From contig NZ_CAMQXC010000001.1 in the NCBI RefSeq assembly GCF_947038635.1, positions 1 to 63,909 on the forward strand: 63,909 nucleotides of DNA, read 5' to 3'. Position 1 is the first letter of the stretch. Each line of letters starts with the position of its first letter. The notes below the pieces were generated by a model. The model was given only the letters and a program-made list of their open reading frames with translations, was not told where the DNA came from and did not search any database. The stretch comes from an uncultured Cetobacterium sp. GTDB lineage: Bacteria; Fusobacteriota; Fusobacteriia; Fusobacteriales; Fusobacteriaceae. The position numbers were made by a program, and so were the translations under genes. Shown here piece after piece: positions 60,098 through 63,909 of this stretch.

Positions 60098-60172
60098 TGG
60101 GGTGTCGCCAAGCGGTAAGGCAACGGACTTTGACTCCGTCATGCGTTGGTTCGAATCCAGCCACCCCAGCCA
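60098..60172 (+). tRNA. tRNA-Gln (anticodon TTG)
   Basis: TGGGGTG/CACCCCA acceptor stem, ACGGA-CTTTGAC-TCCGT anticodon arm, GGTTCGAATCC, encoded CCA. Confidence 0.98.
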
Positions 60173-60188
60173 TTTAAAATGATATTTA

Positions 60189-60217
60189 ACGGGAACTTGT
60201 ATGTTCCTGTTTTTTTT
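60189..60217 (+). terminator. Terminator after tRNA-Gln
   Basis: ACGGGAAC / GTTCCTGT stem plus T-run. Confidence 0.65.
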
Positions 60218-60228
60218 ATATCTTTATA

Positions 60229-60278
60229 AAAATAAAAATCCCTCTTTTAGGTTTTTCTAAAAGAGGGATTTTTATTTT
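60229..60278 (-). terminator. Long hairpin terminator after psuG
   Basis: AAAATAAAAATCCCTCTTTTAG / CTAAAAGAGGGATTTTTATTTT perfect inverted repeat. Confidence 0.8.
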
Positions 60279-61197
60279 ATAATTCGCAATAATTTTTAGC
60301 TATTTCAGAAGCTAATTTAGCATTGTTGAAAACTAATTGAATATTAGATTCTAAACTCTTTCCTTTTGTAATATCTTTAACTTTAGCAAGTAAGAATGGA
60401 GTGCTATCTTTTCCTTTGATACCTTTTTCTTCAGCTTCAGCAACAGCGTTATTAATTGCAGTAGTAATCGTATCAAAATCCATAGCAAACTCTTCAGGAA
60501 TTGGATTTGCAATAACAACTCCTCCTTTTAAGTTAACATCCCATTTAGCTTTTAAAGTTTTAGCAATTTGTTCAGGTGTATCCATTTTATAATCCACCTT
60601 AAATCCACTTTTTCTAGTGTAGAAAGCAGGTAATTCTTTTGTTTGGTAACCAAGAACAGGAACACCTTTTGTCTCTAAGAATTCAAGTGTTAAACCGATA
60701 TCAAGAATTGATTTAGCTCCAGCACAAACAACAGCCACATCAGTCATAGCTAACTCTTCTAAATCAGCAGAGATATCCATTGTTGTTTCAGCTCCTCTAT
60801 GAACTCCACCAATACCTCCTGTAGCAAATACTTTAATGCCAGCAAGAGCAGCAATAATCATAGTAGATGCAACAGTTGTAGCTCCATCATCCTCAGAAGC
60901 TAATATAGCAGGAATATCTCTTCTACTAGCTTTAGTAACTTCTAATCCTTTTTTACCTAAATAATCAACCTCTTCTTTGCTTAAACCAACTTTAAGTTTT
61001 CCATTTAATATAGCAATAGTAGCTGGTACAGCACCATTTTCTCTAACAATTTCTTCAACTTTTAAAGCAGTTTCAACGTTTTGAGGATAAGGCATACCGT
61101 GAGATATTATAGTTGATTCAAGAGCAACAACTGGTTTGTTATTTTCTAATGCTTCCTTAACTTCTTTTGAAATTTCTAAATATTTTGCTAAATTCAT
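60277..61197 (-). CDS. psuG: Pseudouridine-5'-phosphate glycosidase
   Basis: [42 protein letters not shown]. Confidence 0.96.
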   Translation of the reverse strand: MNLAKYLEISKEVKEALENNKPVVALESTIISHGMPYPQNVETALKVEEIVRENGAVPATIAILNGKLKVGLSKEEVDYLGKKGLEVTKASRRDIPAILASEDDGATTVASTMIIAALAGIKVFATGGIGGVHRGAETTMDISADLEELAMTDVAVVCAGAKSILDIGLTLEFLETKGVPVLGYQTKELPAFYTRKSGFKVDYKMDTPEQIAKTLKAKWDVNLKGGVVIANPIPEEFAMDFDTITTAINNAVAEAEEKGIKGKDSTPFLLAKVKDITKGKSLESNIQLVFNNAKLASEIAKNYCEL

Positions 61198-62279
61198 AAA
61201 TTTTCCTCCTTGATTCTATTAATATTTTCTAAAGACATATTATCACTTATTGTTTTTTCACTTGAAATAGCTATTGCAGCACATGCAATACCATTTTTAC
61301 AGCTTTCAATGATATCTAAATTTTCTAAATAACTATAGGCGATTCCAGACATGAAAGCATCTCCAGCACCAGTAGTATTTATAACTTTTGTTTTATATGG
61401 TTTCATATGACCATATACTTCTCCATTAGAGTAAAAAACTCCCTTTTCACCTAAAGATATAAAAACTTGCTTAACTCCTTTTTGAATAAAGAAATTAGCA
61501 CACTCTTCTAATGAATTTTGATCTATAATATTTATACCAGAAAGAGTTTCAGCTTCAAGTTGATTAGGTTTTATTGTATGGAATTTTCCAATAAATTCTT
61601 TTATTTTTAAAGCTTTAGTTGTAGAAACACAATCTAAAAATAATGGAATTGAAAAATTATTAACAATATATTCTATAGTTTCTTTTGGTATATTAGTGTC
61701 AATTATACATAACTTTGATTCATCTAAAATCTCTTTTTTAGATTTAATAAAATCTATTGAAAGATTATCATAAAGATCCATAGCTGAGATAGCTAGTTTC
61801 ATGTCGTTATTGTCATCTAAAATTGATATATAAGTTGATGTTGGTGAATTTGTAATTGTTAAAGAATTAGATATATTTATTCCTAAAGATTTACAATTTC
61901 TTTTGATTTCTTCACCATTAAAATCATCACCTAGTACTGTTATCAGTTCAACATCTTGATTTAGTCTAGATAAATTATCTGCAATATTTCTTCCAACTCC
62001 ACCAAAAGATGTGCTAACTTTCCCAGGATTAGAATCATAGTCTTTTAAAGATGAATAAGATTGAGCTGAAATATCAATATTAGTTCCACCAATAACAGAA
62101 ACGAAAGATTTTTTTTGTATAATATATCCTTTTCCAATTATTTTACCTTTTTTTATTAAGTTAGAAATATGTACTGCAACAGATGAACGAGCAATATCAG
62201 CTTTGTCTGCTAATTCAGATTGAGATATAAAAGGATTTTCTTCAATCCACTTTAAAATTTCTTTTTCTCTGTTGGTCAT
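61194..62279 (-). CDS. psuK: Pseudouridine kinase-like PfkB kinase with N-terminal winged HTH
   Basis: N-terminal HTH (ISQSELA...[11 protein letters not shown]), [17 protein letters not shown]; adjacent to psuG. Confidence 0.85.
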   Translation of the reverse strand: MTNREKEILKWIEENPFISQSELADKADIARSSVAVHISNLIKKGKIIGKGYIIQKKSFVSVIGGTNIDISAQSYSSLKDYDSNPGKVSTSFGGVGRNIADNLSRLNQDVELITVLGDDFNGEEIKRNCKSLGINISNSLTITNSPTSTYISILDDNNDMKLAISAMDLYDNLSIDFIKSKKEILDESKLCIIDTNIPKETIEYIVNNFSIPLFLDCVSTTKALKIKEFIGKFHTIKPNQLEAETLSGINIIDQNSLEECANFFIQKGVKQVFISLGEKGVFYSNGEVYGHMKPYKTKVINTTGAGDAFMSGIAYSYLENLDIIESCKNGIACAAIAISSEKTISDNMSLENINRIKEENL

Positions 62280-62290
62280 AAACACCTCCG

Positions 62291-62356
62291 TTTAAACAAA
62301 TGTTTATACATATAAACATTTGTTTAAATATTATCATTGAAGTATTGAAAAGTCAA
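62291..62356 (-). promoter_or_regulatory. psuKG promoter and double-palindrome operator
   Basis: TTGACT-17 bp-TAATAT (with TGn) on the minus strand; perfect 18-bp inverted repeat at 62291-62328. Confidence 0.75.
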
Positions 62357-62433
62357 TGATTTATATACAAAAAAATTGATTTTTAATGGAAAAAATATTA
62401 AAATTTTAATAGAGAGTTAAAAGGGGTGATAGA

Positions 62434-63765
62434 TTGGATAATTTTAAAGGGAATAGGAGCAAGAAAATTTGGCTTCTAACAGAAATAGTAGCAGGGATTC
62501 TTTTTGCTATGTTTGTTTATTTTGTTTTAAGAGGAAAAGAAAATGTAATGGGAGGATTTATAAGAATTTTAACATCTCCCACGGTATTGATAACAGATTT
62601 TCTAGTTATTGGTGGAATGGGAGCTACATTTTTAAATGCTTTTTTAATTTTTATATTTAACTATACTTTAATGAGGCTTTTAGGAACACCATTAAACGGT
62701 ATAGCAATAGCATCATTTTTTACAGTATTTGGATTTTCCTTTTTTGGAAAAAATATTTTAAATATTTTACCATTTTATGTTGGTGGAATTCTTTACTCAA
62801 AGTATGAGCATATAGACTTTAAAGATATTTTAGTAACAATATCTTTTACAAGTGCGCTAGCTCCATTTATAAGTGAGGTTGCTTTTAATATTCACGTGTT
62901 AAGTGAATACGCATATATAAATGCAATAGTTTTAGGTATTGTAATAGGATTTATTGTAACACCATTAGCTAAAAAAATGGCAGGTTTTCATGAAGGATTT
63001 AATCTTTATAATCTAGGATTTACAGGAGGAATACTAGGAGCTGTAATAGCTTCAGTTTTAAAACTTTATCAATTTGTTGTTGTTCCTCAAAGAATAATTT
63101 CAACAGAACATGACTTAGAATTAAAAGTTATATCTAGTGGAGTATTTTTATCTTTAATATTTATAGGTTACTATATAAATAATAAAAGTTTTTCAGGATA
63201 TAAAACATTGTTGAAAGATACAGGATTAAAAAGTGATTTTGTAATAAAATATGGATATGGACTTACTTTTATAAATATGGGAATTATGGGATTTGTAGCT
63301 ATGATGTATCCCATTTTGCTAGGTCAAACTTTAAATGGTCCTTTATTAGCAGGTATATTAACAATAGTTGGGTTTTCAGCTTATGGAAAAACAATTTTAA
63401 ATATAACACCGATATTACTTGGAGTATTTTTAGGAAAGTTTGGAAGCACTACAGATGGTTTTACAATAGCTTTGTCAGGGTTATTTGGAACTTCTTTAGC
63501 TCCAATTGCAGGTGTATATGGTCCTATATGGGGAGTTGTAGCAGGGATGTTACATATAGCTGTAGTACAAAGTATTGGTGTAATTCATGGAGGACTTAAT
63601 CTTTACAATAATGGATTTTCAGCTGGAATTATAGCTGGTTTTTTATTACCAATAATAAGTACAACTAAAGAAAGTGTAAATAAAAGAAGAGCTAAATATC
63701 TTCAAAGACAAAAAGCATTGCACGATTTAATTAGAAAAACAGAGGATAATCTTAATGGAAAATGA
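62434..63765 (+). CDS. Polytopic membrane protein with internal duplication (DUF1576-like)
   Basis: Twice-repeated GFSxxGKxILNIxP, TSALAP/TSLAP and HxGxNLYNxGF motifs. Confidence 0.75.
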   Translation: MDNFKGNRSKKIWLLTEIVAGILFAMFVYFVLRGKENVMGGFIRILTSPTVLITDFLVIGGMGATFLNAFLIFIFNYTLMRLLGTPLNGIAIASFFTVFGFSFFGKNILNILPFYVGGILYSKYEHIDFKDILVTISFTSALAPFISEVAFNIHVLSEYAYINAIVLGIVIGFIVTPLAKKMAGFHEGFNLYNLGFTGGILGAVIASVLKLYQFVVVPQRIISTEHDLELKVISSGVFLSLIFIGYYINNKSFSGYKTLLKDTGLKSDFVIKYGYGLTFINMGIMGFVAMMYPILLGQTLNGPLLAGILTIVGFSAYGKTILNITPILLGVFLGKFGSTTDGFTIALSGLFGTSLAPIAGVYGPIWGVVAGMLHIAVVQSIGVIHGGLNLYNNGFSAGIIAGFLLPIISTTKESVNKRRAKYLQRQKALHDLIRKTEDNLNGK

Positions 63766-63804
63766 TAGATTAAGAAAAAAAATTAAAAATAAAAAAATAA
63801 ATCA

Positions 63805-63909
63805 TTGACGAAGTTTAAAATTTATGGTACTATAATTTTTGTCAGCGGGAAACGCCGCCGACAAGAATTGTAGAAAAAGGACATTAACAACCGAATAGAG
63901 AAAATAGTC
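63805..63909 (+). promoter_or_regulatory. Strong promoter and leader, probably of an rRNA operon beyond the window
   Basis: A-rich UP-like element, TTGACG-17 bp-(TGn)TACTAT, GC-rich hairpin at 63841-62, boxA-like GGACATTAACAA at 63879-90. Confidence 0.55.

Noticed and set aside
59889-60173. 94-aa minus-strand ORF ([25 protein letters not shown]...)
   Set aside because: It is the antisense translation of tRNA-Gln and spoVG.

Overview
Very AT-rich bacterial chromosome segment. Gene content and order suggest Fusobacteriaceae, possibly Cetobacterium-like (inference). The window appears to span the replication origin. Every credible gene from 46 to 16054 is on the minus strand: rpmH-rnpA-yidD-yidC-jag-mnmE-mnmG, a PHP phosphatase, a type IV pilus/T2SS-like cluster, heptose kinase and ispF. 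Almost everything after 16818 is on the plus strand. Where dnaA-dnaN would normally sit, divergent from rpmH, there is instead a 616-aa protein with no Walker A motif. Its N-terminal half resembles plasmid RPA-type replication initiators. It is preceded by six helically phased 21-bp direct repeats (iteron-like), and I could see no canonical DnaA boxes. This is a candidate DnaA-independent, plasmid-type chromosomal origin. The rest of the window holds ptsH-ptsI, alr and SAM-I riboswitch-metNIQ; a sigma54-dependent cystine uptake/reduction/desulfidation module with visible UAS and -24/-12 sites; a cobalamin riboswitch with cbiK and an ABC importer; a second FecCD-type importer, exbBD-tonB, rpoN and bioA; a GntR-oad-citDEF-citrate carrier operon; mfd-mazG-S4 protein-ispE-spoVG-tRNA-Gln; pseudouridine catabolism genes with a double-palindrome operator; and a probable rRNA-operon promoter/leader at the right edge. 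Family assignments come from motif recognition by eye, not database searches.
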